From contig JBBQRZ010000009.1 of assembly GCA_038214255.1 (NCBI GenBank), positions 25,129-89,128 on the forward strand: DNA of 64,000 bases, written 5' to 3'. The notes beneath the pieces are model-generated. The model did no database searches, was not told the origin of the DNA, and worked only from the letters and a program-made list of their open reading frames with translations. A program made the position numbers and the translations under genes. The DNA comes from Candidatus Limnocylindrales bacterium. GTDB lineage: Bacteria > Chloroflexota > Limnocylindria > Limnocylindrales > CSP1-4. Below are positions 63,729 to 64,000 of the stretch, piece after piece. Within the stretch, counting starts at the first letter, position 1; each line of letters opens with the position of its first letter.

Positions 63729-64000
63729 GCAGGATCGGTCGGGTCATGCAGGTCGGGCCACCCGAGCCGTTGATGCCGATCTCGCTCGCCGCGTACGTAT
63801 GCACCTCGCAGCCAGCCGCCGCGAGGGCCGCGGCGGTCCGGGGATTGCCGTCGGCGAGGATGACGACACCTGGGCGCACCGCCAGGACGTTGCAGCCAAG
63901 GGTCGGAAATTCCTCGTCGGGCACCTCGATCATCCGGATGTCGAGCGCGCCAAGCAGCTCCCACAGCCCGACGGGGAGGAGCGGCAGATAGACGACAGCC
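63721..64000 (-). CDS. Amidinotransferase/arginine-deiminase-superfamily protein (DDAH-like), 5' end outside the window
   Basis: The C-terminus ...GCNVLAVRPGVVILADGNPRTAAALAAAGCEVHTYAASEIGINGSGGPTCMTRPILRD carries the catalytic-Cys block of the guanidino-modifying enzyme fold. The frame stays open to the window edge. Its stop overlaps the M20 GTG start. Confidence 0.75.
   Translation of the reverse strand, partial: AVVYLPLLPVGLWELLGALDIRMIEVPDEEFPTLGCNVLAVRPGVVILADGNPRTAAALAAAGCEVHTYAASEIGINGSGGPTCMTRPILRD

Overview
Very GC-rich (about 70% by eye) chromosomal segment with an actinobacterial gene repertoire: UvrD2 with an HRDC tail, the DUF3090/SCO1664 pair, a Pat-type GNAT, TIGR03118 and a class A PBP. 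I can support about 65 protein-coding genes. I found no rRNA, tRNA, CRISPR array, integrase or transposase. Content from left to right: a truncated CoA-transferase; a USP-GNAT fusion divergent from a GAF histidine kinase/NarL-type regulator pair followed by ArsA-HSP20; a K+ channel; a Hint-domain lipoprotein; two tandem decayed c-di-GMP signalling genes; small stress and regulator genes; two TetR-controlled modules with clear palindromic operators; a third GGDEF gene with a heptad-repeat N-terminus; a same-strand cluster of serine hydrolase, split PEP-utilising phosphotransferase and MFS pump; an M14 carboxypeptidase; msrA; a 1.2-kb islet that looks less GC-rich, carrying four tiny overlapping ORFs; a galactose/galactonate catabolic cluster; a class A PBP; ABC ATPase and molybdoenzyme genes; the DUF3090/SCO1664 pair; a ParB-like nuclease coupled to a metallophosphoesterase; uvrD2; and a monocistronic 1175-aa nuclease-exonuclease-SF1B helicase fusion. 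The best candidates for something new are (i) that triple-module Dna2/Nhi-like gene, (ii) the four-ORF micro-operon islet with its TGCGCGC inverted-repeat region, (iii) the split RPH/phenylphosphate-synthase-like phosphotransferase coupled to an efflux pump, and (iv) the USP-Pat-GNAT fusion next to the two-component module. Caveat: at least nine otherwise well-conserved genes are interrupted by single-base frame shifts, several of them next to 3-4 nt G/C runs. This could be assembly error or real decay, so coordinates of the affected genes are composites of two ORF-track entries. Many long ORFs in the track are antisense or off-frame GC shadows and were ignored.
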